Shown here: piece by piece, positions 18,668 to 27,099 of the stretch
Numbering within the stretch: position 1 is the stretch's first letter
Layout of the letters: every line of letters begins with the position of its first letter
From: an uncultured virus (IMG/VR IMGVR_UViG_3300024255_000007)
Taxonomy: Duplodnaviria; Heunggongvirae; Uroviricota; Caudoviricetes
Virus record (IMG/VR): IMGVR_UViG_3300024255_000007
Length of the DNA stretch: 64,000 bases
Strand: one strand, 5' to 3'
Notes under the pieces: generated by a model
The model's input: only the letters and a program-made list of their open reading frames with translations
Database searches by the model: none
Told to the model about the DNA's origin: nothing
Program-made: the position numbers and the translations under genes

Positions 18668-19237
18668 TTATTTGAGTAATGTGGCTACTAGGTGTACGCG
18701 ATCTTCGAGACTAGCATTCATTGCAGTATGCTTTACTAAAGTATTAGTAAGCCACCAAGTATGCTGCGGAAGATGTTTTATTTCTTCTTCAATGATCATA
18801 AAACAACCTTCTTGTGTTTTAATAGGATAGTGTATGCGTTTAGTATCATCCACGTGCCAACTTAAACAAGTCTTAGGTGGGCTTTTCATTAGTCTAACTC
18901 TGCCTACATTATAATTTTCTTTTAATACATTGTAAAGATCTTCAAACACAGTATTTTTAAATACGTTACACAAATTTGTAAAGTCTGCTTCTTTTAACGG
19001 TGTTTCTCTTTTAGCAGGTATATGGCGCATATGACCTTTTTCGTCATAAACTTCTTCACCATTGGACCAATCATAAAACAAACTTCCTGCTCCATATAAA
19101 AAATTATCTTCCTCGCCTTTTACAGTATTGATACAAATTTGATTTAAATCTGTCCAATGCACAACTTTATCTTCAAGCATATTATCTAATATGCTTTTTA
19201 TATCATAGTTCGGAAGATTTAATTTTTCAAAATTCAT
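18668..19237 (-). CDS. Fe(II)/2OG oxygenase, aspartyl/asparaginyl beta-hydroxylase-like
   Basis: GRVRLM, SWHVD, RIHYPI, HTAMN, RVHLV; start MNFEKL at 19237 (ATGA overlap). Confidence 0.82.
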   Translation of the reverse strand: MNFEKLNLPNYDIKSILDNMLEDKVVHWTDLNQICINTVKGEEDNFLYGAGSLFYDWSNGEEVYDEKGHMRHIPAKRETPLKEADFTNLCNVFKNTVFEDLYNVLKENYNVGRVRLMKSPPKTCLSWHVDDTKRIHYPIKTQEGCFMIIEEEIKHLPQHTWWLTNTLVKHTAMNASLEDRVHLVATLLK

Positions 19238-19983
19238 TCTAATTTTCCAAATGCGTATATACGTTCTGCACAAAAGAAACAATAACCACAATGTTTCCAT
19301 TCGTGCGAATGTTTTTGCTCTAATTTATGTTCTTGCCATCTAGTTTCGCAACTATAGCTTAAAGGATATAAGTCGTCTAGTCTATTGTAATATTTATAAA
19401 CTTCAGCAGTAAGCTTTTTATCTTTGTGTACAAACGGTCTAATATTGATAAAATGTCCTGTATCAATTACATTTTGTCCATATTTGTTTTTTCCTAAGTC
19501 TCTATCAAAGTCTCTTTTTACGATATGCTTCTTAGTCAACTCAAATAATTTATCGTCTGGATAATATTGTCTTATAGATTCTAAAAAATCTTCTTCAACA
19601 GGATTACTAGTTAATCCATTGTACACTGCATCAAAATTAAACTTTATATGACTTTCTATTATTAGATTTTTTTGCTCTTTTATATACCAATCTGCTGTTT
19701 GACGATTAGTGTGTTTTTTAGAATACTTAACAATATGTTCTTGTGGACTTTTTCCTGTTAGTTCTGTAACTTTAGCTATAACACGTTTTGCACCTTTACT
19801 ATACCAAGGTTTAAATTTAGTATCAAGAGACATTGGATATATGTTTACATCGTCTCTATCTTTATAATGATCACAAATAGCATAATACATAATTGCACTA
19901 TCTGCGCCTCCTGATAATTTAACTCCTATGTTTTTCCAATTGTCGTTAAAGAAAAACATTTCTTTAATTTCTTGTTCAGTCAT
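19234..19983 (-). CDS. QueC-like PP-loop ATP pyrophosphatase
   Basis: LSGGADSA PP-loop, RPF..KDK, SCE...HCGYCFFCAER Zn-site pattern. Confidence 0.8.
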   Translation of the reverse strand: MTEQEIKEMFFFNDNWKNIGVKLSGGADSAIMYYAICDHYKDRDDVNIYPMSLDTKFKPWYSKGAKRVIAKVTELTGKSPQEHIVKYSKKHTNRQTADWYIKEQKNLIIESHIKFNFDAVYNGLTSNPVEEDFLESIRQYYPDDKLFELTKKHIVKRDFDRDLGKNKYGQNVIDTGHFINIRPFVHKDKKLTAEVYKYYNRLDDLYPLSYSCETRWQEHKLEQKHSHEWKHCGYCFFCAERIYAFGKLE

Positions 19984-20875
19984 AAATTTCAACCCTATCT
20001 ATATTATTGTATTCAGATATTGCTAGTACTATTTCTTTAGAAGTTAGAGAACTTTCTAACATGGCAACCGGAATATTTCCAATTGCATTTTTCGGATCTC
20101 CCTTTGTAAACCCTAATGCAGTTAAATAATTATTATTTTGATCCCACCATAGATCCATGCCTTGTAAAAAGTTTTCAACTGTTTCTATAGGTCGATTAAA
20201 AAAATAAGCTGTAAAATCAGGACTGTACCATTTTAACGGACGTATATTATCTTCCCCAACAATATCATCATTATCTTTATATACATCATACAACGGTTTT
20301 CCTACTTCGCAATAATTGATATATACTTCTCCAAATTTTCTATGTAAAGTAAAGTATTCATAATCGTTATCTGCTAGCAATTCTTTTTTCCTTCCCTTAA
20401 AAGTTACTACAATTCTAGGAGATACTTTTGATGTATTAATTGTGTTTTCTAAATAAAAGTTTTCTGCTCGATGTATAATAACATTATATCTTTCAAGAGC
20501 AAGACGTTCGTTAGGTGATGCATTTAAGTAATAGTCTGCCGAATTTTTAGAAGCACCTCTTAACTCTTCGAAGTAATGATGCAAATGATTTAGCTGTTCT
20601 TGAGGCATTCCGACAAATGCAGTATGCATTATAACTTTAGTTTTAGAATTTATAGTCTCGATGCACTTATTTAACTCTGAAACTATTTTTTCTTCGTTCC
20701 ACTCATCGTCTGGAAAATTATAGAGCCTGTCGGATTCTTTTACTTTATTATCTTTGTTTAGGACTTGCTTACACAACGACTCGTACCATTTAACAGCAAT
20801 AGGTGTATTGTATACTTTATATTTCAAAGTATACTCCTCATTGTCATTATTAGTAAATATTATACAAAATTTCAT
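19976..20875 (-). CDS. Unknown-family protein, paralog 1 (LxxxH..NxxxHxxE)
   Basis: LNHLHHYFE, NVIIHRAE, VYINYCEVGK and NAIGNIP; shared with 22603 and 30009. Confidence 0.75.
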   Translation of the reverse strand: MKFCIIFTNNDNEEYTLKYKVYNTPIAVKWYESLCKQVLNKDNKVKESDRLYNFPDDEWNEEKIVSELNKCIETINSKTKVIMHTAFVGMPQEQLNHLHHYFEELRGASKNSADYYLNASPNERLALERYNVIIHRAENFYLENTINTSKVSPRIVVTFKGRKKELLADNDYEYFTLHRKFGEVYINYCEVGKPLYDVYKDNDDIVGEDNIRPLKWYSPDFTAYFFNRPIETVENFLQGMDLWWDQNNNYLTALGFTKGDPKNAIGNIPVAMLESSLTSKEIVLAISEYNNIDRVEIYD

Positions 20876-21972
20876 CGTGTATGATCTTCTCTAAGTTCTT
20901 TATTTGCACATGTTCTCTTACATATATCTATACATTTAGTAGACCAAGATTTTTCAATTGTCGTTAATAATCCTGCGTTTACAATTTCCGTACCGGTGTG
21001 TTTGTGTAATAAATTAAAGTCTGTATTCTTATTTAAAGTTTTAAAAAATAAATCTACAAAGCTGCTGTATCCGTTATCTAACACTTTTTTGTTATAGTCT
21101 ATTTCCATCCAACAGCATGGCCATAATCGACCGTCTGCACTTATGTATACACTTTCTAATCCTTGCTTTACTTTACATTCTACAACAACAGGACCATTAG
21201 TATGCGGTTCTGATCTACTTTTATCTAATAAATCAAATGGCTGACTTACATAATTATATATTTTGTTGTACCATTCTTTAGATCTATCTTCAGCTTGTAA
21301 TTTTTTATTATTTTTTACATATTCAGTAGGGTATAATCGATCTACTTCGTTAAAGTTCTTATCAACTAAAGAATCATATGCTTTATGAAACCGAACACTA
21401 TCATCACTGTAAAATTCAGCAAATCCTAAATCTTTACTCATTTGCTTACACGCATCAATCTGATGTTCATTATTTCCAAACACATTCATTATCCAGCGAG
21501 CATATCCACCTGCTTTTATATAAGCAGATGCATTTTTAATAACTGTATCAAATCTTGTATTTCTTCTGTACAAGTGATGTGTATCTTCTAAACCGTCTAG
21601 TGCAAATTCTACAATAATGTTAGGTTGGGCTCCTAACCAGCTCCAAAACTCTGTCGCTAACCCGCCGGCATTTGTATTAATTTGTATTTCTCGAAATCCT
21701 TTGTCTAAGAATACTTGAATAAAATCTTTAGGGTTACTATGCATTACAATATCACCATAGTTACCGTTTATTAGAACTTTTCTTATTTTTTTAAAAAAGT
21801 CGTCAGATAATATATTTGTTATACCATCTGCTGTTAGTTCAGTTTGTGGTAAGTTAGGATATGCTTTTAAAGATGCTCCGATTGTTCGAGGACACTGAGG
21901 ACATGCCGCATTGCATCGTTTACTCGGCTCTATGTGTAAATGCTCCGGTAGATCATTATAAATACCAATCAT
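20872..21972 (-). CDS. Radical SAM protein with C-terminal SPASM/twitch-like domain
   Basis: CNAACPQC, GNYGD, ALDG, YISADGRLWPCC, C-terminal CKRTC; start MIGIY at 21972. Confidence 0.9.
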   Translation of the reverse strand: MIGIYNDLPEHLHIEPSKRCNAACPQCPRTIGASLKAYPNLPQTELTADGITNILSDDFFKKIRKVLINGNYGDIVMHSNPKDFIQVFLDKGFREIQINTNAGGLATEFWSWLGAQPNIIVEFALDGLEDTHHLYRRNTRFDTVIKNASAYIKAGGYARWIMNVFGNNEHQIDACKQMSKDLGFAEFYSDDSVRFHKAYDSLVDKNFNEVDRLYPTEYVKNNKKLQAEDRSKEWYNKIYNYVSQPFDLLDKSRSEPHTNGPVVVECKVKQGLESVYISADGRLWPCCWMEIDYNKKVLDNGYSSFVDLFFKTLNKNTDFNLLHKHTGTEIVNAGLLTTIEKSWSTKCIDICKRTCANKELREDHTR

Positions 21973-22619
21973 TTTAATCTCCCAAATGCCCATTGTCTTT
22001 CGTTGCACCACCAGCACTCACCGCAGTGGTCCATTCCAGGATCTTTGCTACTAACAAATTCGTTCCATTCACAACTTCTTGTAACTGGAAAAAGATTATC
22101 TAGTAATTCGTATTCTCTATAAATTTCTGCAATCTTTTTCTTATCGTAATTAGTCCAAGGTATATAACTGAAGTTATATCTAAAAACTTCTCTAACTTCT
22201 TCAGGGTTTCTCGTATCTTCGTAAAAGTTGCCGTAGAACTCATTACGTTCTTCTACAGGCGGAACATTGGTAATACCTGCATATAGAACATTAAATTCGT
22301 TTTTATCTAAATATTCAAACGGTAAGCGTTCTACATATGTATCAATATAATCAGGCGAGTAGTCAATATGATGTTCAAAGTTGTAATTGCCTGTTAATCT
22401 TGCACATTCGTACACTACATTCATTGCTGCTTTTGCGCCTGTAATGTTTTTTGTTCCATCTGCAAGTGTAAAAATATGCAATCTGTCAGTTGAATGTTTT
22501 AATAGGAAGTACAATAATACTGCACTGTCTGCTCCGCCGCTGACACTAATAGCATTAGGTCCTTTATATATGTTTAATTCAACACCACACAGATCAAGTG
22601 TTTTAATTTCTTTCAACAT
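21969..22619 (-). CDS. QueC-like PP-loop ATP pyrophosphatase, second paralog
   Basis: VSGGADSA, TRSCE...HCGECWWCNER.WAFG. Confidence 0.8.
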   Translation of the reverse strand: MLKEIKTLDLCGVELNIYKGPNAISVSGGADSAVLLYFLLKHSTDRLHIFTLADGTKNITGAKAAMNVVYECARLTGNYNFEHHIDYSPDYIDTYVERLPFEYLDKNEFNVLYAGITNVPPVEERNEFYGNFYEDTRNPEEVREVFRYNFSYIPWTNYDKKKIAEIYREYELLDNLFPVTRSCEWNEFVSSKDPGMDHCGECWWCNERQWAFGRLK

Positions 22620-23436
22620 CTATTAGTTCCACCTTTGTTAATTTTCTTTGTAAAATAACTTTTAAAAAATCTTCAGCATACACTTTATGCACTGTCCCTA
22701 GAGGAATATGACCTATTGCATTTTTAGATTTATTAATGTCTATGTTACTATCGTTTAGCCACTTTTTACAGTTTTCAATTTCTGTATGCTGCTTATCTAT
22801 ATAATCTGCTTGCAGTGTAAAAAAGAAACTAGGGCTAAACTTTTCTAAAACTACTGCTGTATCAGGAGTTCTGCCACTTTTATATGTTTTTAAGAAATCT
22901 TCACCCAATGCATTGTAATTTAAATAAACAGTATAAGGTCTAATATAAGGATCGTACAACTTATAGTCGTCATACTCGAGTGGAAGTTTTTCCACATTTG
23001 GAACTCCAGTAATAGGATCTACTATTCTAAATCTTAATCTAGGTGATGCTGATTGATTCTTAATCGCAACTTCTTCAGCATGATGTATATTATCGTTAAA
23101 CTGGTCAACTAACTTTTTTACTTCTAGGTATGTTTCATCTGTTGCAATACTTTCGTATATGAAATGAAGATCACTTAATTCTTGCATTGTAAATTCAAAC
23201 TTATTAGTAAACGATGCAGGAACAGTTCCTTGCTTAAATTTATTAAGATCTTGAAGTGTTTTTCTTAAATTTTTAAATTCACTACCTTGATTAAATCCAT
23301 TTAATGTAACTTCGTATGCATACAAACTATTGTCTAAACACTTTTCAAGTTGGGTTGTCCAACAAGTAACAAAGTTGTTGTCGTTTAAAATAATACTAAC
23401 TGTGTGTCTTTCAAATGTTAGGTTTAGAATCTTCAT
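22603..23436 (-). CDS. Unknown-family protein, paralog 2
   Basis: LSDLHFIYE, NDNIHHAE, VYLNYNALG and NAIGHIP; likely start MKILNL at 23436. Confidence 0.75.
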   Translation of the reverse strand: MKILNLTFERHTVSIILNDNNFVTCWTTQLEKCLDNSLYAYEVTLNGFNQGSEFKNLRKTLQDLNKFKQGTVPASFTNKFEFTMQELSDLHFIYESIATDETYLEVKKLVDQFNDNIHHAEEVAIKNQSASPRLRFRIVDPITGVPNVEKLPLEYDDYKLYDPYIRPYTVYLNYNALGEDFLKTYKSGRTPDTAVVLEKFSPSFFFTLQADYIDKQHTEIENCKKWLNDSNIDINKSKNAIGHIPLGTVHKVYAEDFLKVILQRKLTKVELIDVERN

Positions 23437-23716
23437 CTTTATATCTTGTATTTTTAAGATCAGCAACACAGTTACAAGCACGTTTGTCGCAAACTATAGG
23501 CTCAGTTGGTAGGTTCCAAACTTCGTCGTCTACGTGTCCTATAACTCCGCCGACTCGACAAGTACCTCTTATAATTGTTCCATCTTGCTTAATATCAATT
23601 CCTTCTAGTCCTACATGACAAAGCCAGCCGTAGAAATCTGTTTTTTCTGCTTTTACTAGCTCGTTAGCGTACATTTCTTCTGACGCTGTTTCTGTATATG
23701 CAATAATGTCTTTCAT
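23411..23716 (-). CDS. Stand-alone SPASM-like Fe-S domain protein
   Basis: GWLC.VG...IDI..DG....C...G.IG...LPTEPIVC...CNC.AD. Confidence 0.75.
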   Translation of the reverse strand: MKDIIAYTETASEEMYANELVKAEKTDFYGWLCHVGLEGIDIKQDGTIIRGTCRVGGVIGHVDDEVWNLPTEPIVCDKRACNCVADLKNTRYKDEDSKPNI

Positions 23717-24324
23717 GATCGTAAAATATACTCTATCTGTTCTTGTTTATAAGGAGGAATATACGCAGTTCCTTTTGGTCTAATACGTTTCATATGATGT
23801 AATATTTCGTGTTCTTTACAGAAGTCTACCATACTAGTTGCTCTATCCCAGTGTTCAGGCTCCATCATTAAATTAATACTAAATCTGTTTCCAATTTTAT
23901 TATGTACTGCAAGAGCCTTTTCTTTAAACTCCTCGTCTTTACAATAATCAAAATGACTAGAAAACTGTAAACTTCCAACATAGTCCGAAAGTTCTAAATA
24001 ATAATCCGTTGTTCTAGTAGCATTAGAATTAAGTCCCAATTTAAATCTTGGTCTAGTATTTAGATATCTACAAAAGTCTAAAAATGCAGGATTTACTGTA
24101 GGCTCGCCGCCAGTGAACCAAACTCGAATATAAGGATGCGATATGTTGTTTTCAATTTTTTGAGAAATATCTATAAGACTTTCGAGACTACGATGCGGGC
24201 TAGACATATCATGTAAACTATCAGGACAATAAACGCAATCAAAATTACAGCGTTTGCCTAAATTCCAGTGAACATAATAAGTATCTTTAGGTCTTGTTCC
24301 TACAGTTGCGACTATATTGTCCAT
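23713..24324 (-). CDS. Radical SAM core domain protein (no attached SPASM)
   Basis: WNLGKRCNFDCVYC, FTGGEPT, NSNA. Confidence 0.9.
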   Translation of the reverse strand: MDNIVATVGTRPKDTYYVHWNLGKRCNFDCVYCPDSLHDMSSPHRSLESLIDISQKIENNISHPYIRVWFTGGEPTVNPAFLDFCRYLNTRPRFKLGLNSNATRTTDYYLELSDYVGSLQFSSHFDYCKDEEFKEKALAVHNKIGNRFSINLMMEPEHWDRATSMVDFCKEHEILHHMKRIRPKGTAYIPPYKQEQIEYILRS

Positions 24325-25271
24325 TCTTTAGTCCTTATAAACTTTAACTCTTGTTCTGTATAATTATACATCTTATTATTGTTTGCCTTGTCTACAAGAG
24401 GTTCTATATTAATATAGAAATTGTCTGTGTTTATTTCTTTAACTTTAGACACAAAGTCGATAGCAGACTTCGGAGAGTTAGGTAGAAGCATCATTTTTAA
24501 AATACACACTCCTTCCTTTTTGTTATTTGCTATATACATTAATTTATCAAATAATTTGTTAAGGTCAGTAAACTCTTGGTGTACACTAATATGAGTTCCT
24601 CCTTGTTCTGTTAACCATAATAGTTTGTTCTTATTAGCAGTTCCGTTTGTATTAGTATGTACTGTTACGTTCCCTTTATTTCGACAATAGGAAACAATTT
24701 CATTATACTCAGGATTTATTGTAGGTTCTCCGCCTGTAAATGTAACTTTAATCCTCGGTAATTTAATTTGCGAGTAAATTATATCAAATCCTTTTTTAAA
24801 TTCCTCGAACAACAAATGAGGACTATGATTGTCGTGAACTGTACTAGGACAATACGAACAATCATAATTACATCGTTTTCCTATATTCCAATTGATAGAA
24901 AATAGTGCATTATCGCCAATTTTTTCGATGCCGATTACTTCGTCTAAATCTCCTATAGATTCTACTATCGGAACATTCTTATCCATTATCGATAACGCAG
25001 TGTCTTTTGTTTTTGGAATTTCGATATCACTTGCACAATAGCAACTTTTAACAGGACATATAATAGGTTCCGATGGCAACGTTACGTTGTTAAACAAATT
25101 GCCATACTTTCCACTCTGCTTGCATACATTACCATATACATCGCCTTGTCTGTTAATCCATAAAAAGTCAAATCCCGAATAGCATTTCCAGCCTTCAAAG
25201 TTATTGCCTTGCGTTTTTATTACAGAGTGATGACATTGTTCTATAGTATTTCCACTTTTAACTATAATCAT
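24312..25271 (-). CDS. Radical SAM protein with N-terminal SPASM-like domain (permuted)
   Basis: N-terminal GWKC..G...I...GDV...C...LPSEPIIC...CYC..D, then WNIGKRCNYDCSYC, FTGGEPT, TNTNG; start MIIVK at 25271. Confidence 0.9.
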   Translation of the reverse strand: MIIVKSGNTIEQCHHSVIKTQGNNFEGWKCYSGFDFLWINRQGDVYGNVCKQSGKYGNLFNNVTLPSEPIICPVKSCYCASDIEIPKTKDTALSIMDKNVPIVESIGDLDEVIGIEKIGDNALFSINWNIGKRCNYDCSYCPSTVHDNHSPHLLFEEFKKGFDIIYSQIKLPRIKVTFTGGEPTINPEYNEIVSYCRNKGNVTVHTNTNGTANKNKLLWLTEQGGTHISVHQEFTDLNKLFDKLMYIANNKKEGVCILKMMLLPNSPKSAIDFVSKVKEINTDNFYINIEPLVDKANNNKMYNYTEQELKFIRTKEWTI

Positions 25272-26416
25272 AATTCTAGCCACTCTCTAGTCATTGGGCC
25301 GATTACATCTTCTGCAGACATTTTACGTTGTGCTAACAATACTTCAAATTCTTTTTTAATAATTTCTTTAGAATAATTATTATTTCCCTTTACAAGTGCT
25401 TGTTTTAAATTTTTAGATTTAATACGAGATTTTATTGATTCTATAATATGTTCGGGCAAATTTTGATAATTCATTAAATGAGTTATTGGTTTAATTTCTG
25501 TACTATAACCTACTACGTTTTTTACATCTAGAAAGTATTCTTCTATTTCTGGAAGGTATTCAAAGTTAAAGATATTTACAAGATTTGAAACACTGATATG
25601 AATATTGCTTTGATTATTATTTCGTAAATAGTCTAAGTTTTTGTCCATTTTATTCCATTTATGCGGCCAGCGTATAAATTCATAATTAGGACCTATACTA
25701 TCAACACTCAATCTAAGATGAGCATGTTTCGTTTTACTTAAACGATTAAAGATTTCATCGTTTAGTATAGTTCCGTTAGTTGTTACTTCTAAATGTAAAT
25801 CCTTACATTTATTAGTATCTATAACTTCTGAAATTTTATCCCAGTTTTCCTTTAAAAACGGCTCTCCGCCAATAAGTTTTAAAGTATGTACTTTATATTT
25901 GTCTAATACTTCTGCTATTAAATCCGCAGTTCTATAAGACCCTTTGTGAGTAACATCCTTTAACGGAATCCAAGATTGAGGCCTTTCGTTTGGTGTTAAC
26001 TTTGATGACAACTTATCAATAAGACTACTTGCATAACTGCTACAGAAAGGACATGCAAGATTACAACTATTTCCTAGTACTACATCAAGTTTGTTTATAT
26101 CATATTCTGAGTAATCAGTTTCATTAATTTTATTTCTAGGACTTCGTAAGCCTTTACTTTCATAATTAGTACAAGCAATACACGCAGGGGGCAAATCGTT
26201 GTTGCGTTTAAAGTATTTCCTAAAATATTTTAATGATTTGTTTTTTAATAAATCATCAACTGTGTTTATTTTAACAGGAGCTTTATATTCTTGAGGCATG
26301 TAATTTGATGTAATATGGCAACAGGGCTTGATGATAGCATAAAGCTCTCCTTGATGGTCAAAGAGTTTTATTCGTATTCCTTTGTCAACATAATTACAAT
26401 AATTGTCTTTTTTCAT
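25268..26416 (-). CDS. N-terminal twitch-domain radical SAM protein
   Basis: N-terminal C..PCC..CIAC..E..G..S.R, then CNLACPFC, GGEP, TTNGT, FIRWP..W. Confidence 0.9.
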   Translation of the reverse strand: MKKDNYCNYVDKGIRIKLFDHQGELYAIIKPCCHITSNYMPQEYKAPVKINTVDDLLKNKSLKYFRKYFKRNNDLPPACIACTNYESKGLRSPRNKINETDYSEYDINKLDVVLGNSCNLACPFCSSYASSLIDKLSSKLTPNERPQSWIPLKDVTHKGSYRTADLIAEVLDKYKVHTLKLIGGEPFLKENWDKISEVIDTNKCKDLHLEVTTNGTILNDEIFNRLSKTKHAHLRLSVDSIGPNYEFIRWPHKWNKMDKNLDYLRNNNQSNIHISVSNLVNIFNFEYLPEIEEYFLDVKNVVGYSTEIKPITHLMNYQNLPEHIIESIKSRIKSKNLKQALVKGNNNYSKEIIKKEFEVLLAQRKMSAEDVIGPMTREWLEL

Positions 26417-27099
26417 TTAATACCTATCCTCATAAATCGAGTATATTTAGATAATTTTAGCGAGCCTTCATATAGTACTTGGCTCATAGAAGTTTGATTG
26501 GCAAACTCTTCTAAATTATTTACGCAATTTATATGATCGTCGATTTCAGTATAATTATTGTTCTGCAATATAACAATTTTTCCAGTAGGAATATTGTTGT
26601 ACCAATTAGAAAAGTTTTCAATATGTTCGCAGCTAGTATTGATAATAGTATCCGGTGCATCAGATAATTCAACTTCGCTGCCGTCATATCTTTTAGATTT
26701 ATATGTAAAACCTCTATAGTTTATATCGTGTATATTTGCAGTACTTGCTTTAAATCTCCAATTATCTTTAGTATGATGTCTATTAACTGTTTCAGCTATA
26801 CTTGCACAAGCATCATCAATGTCAAAACTTCTAATCTTAAATACATTAACATTACTATCAAATATCATTGCAGCAAGAGTTGCATACCAGCCAGCACATA
26901 AAAATACAGTACCTAAATCTAAGTTAGATTTTTCTAGCTCGTCAACAAGCCATCTCTTGCTTTTTAACTGTCCCCAACTTAATGCATCAGTGAGATCTGC
27001 ATCAAAATTATCAACAGCATTTCTTAAATTATTAAAGAGAGGATTATCAGTTAAAACTAACATCCTGCCAAAGATATCTTTATCGTCTTGAAATTGCAT
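26413..27099 (-). CDS. Class I SAM-dependent methyltransferase-like protein
   Basis: FLCAGWYA (motif I-like), RSFDID (acidic motif II), INTSCEH, LQNNNY. Confidence 0.65.
   Translation of the reverse strand: MQFQDDKDIFGRMLVLTDNPLFNNLRNAVDNFDADLTDALSWGQLKSKRWLVDELEKSNLDLGTVFLCAGWYATLAAMIFDSNVNVFKIRSFDIDDACASIAETVNRHHTKDNWRFKASTANIHDINYRGFTYKSKRYDGSEVELSDAPDTIINTSCEHIENFSNWYNNIPTGKIVILQNNNYTEIDDHINCVNNLEEFANQTSMSQVLYEGSLKLSKYTRFMRIGIK

Noticed and set aside
23713..23716. Selenocysteine/stop read-through or programmed frameshift joining rSAM and SPASM
   Set aside because: The two ORFs are in different frames, no slippery heptamer is evident, and the ATGA overlap is the standard coupling here.
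19234..25271. Canonical queC/queE preQ0 pathway
   Set aside because: The rSAMs have plain CxxxCxxC with SPASM-like partners and no QueE-specific context; no queD, folE or dpdA seen; gene symbols withheld.
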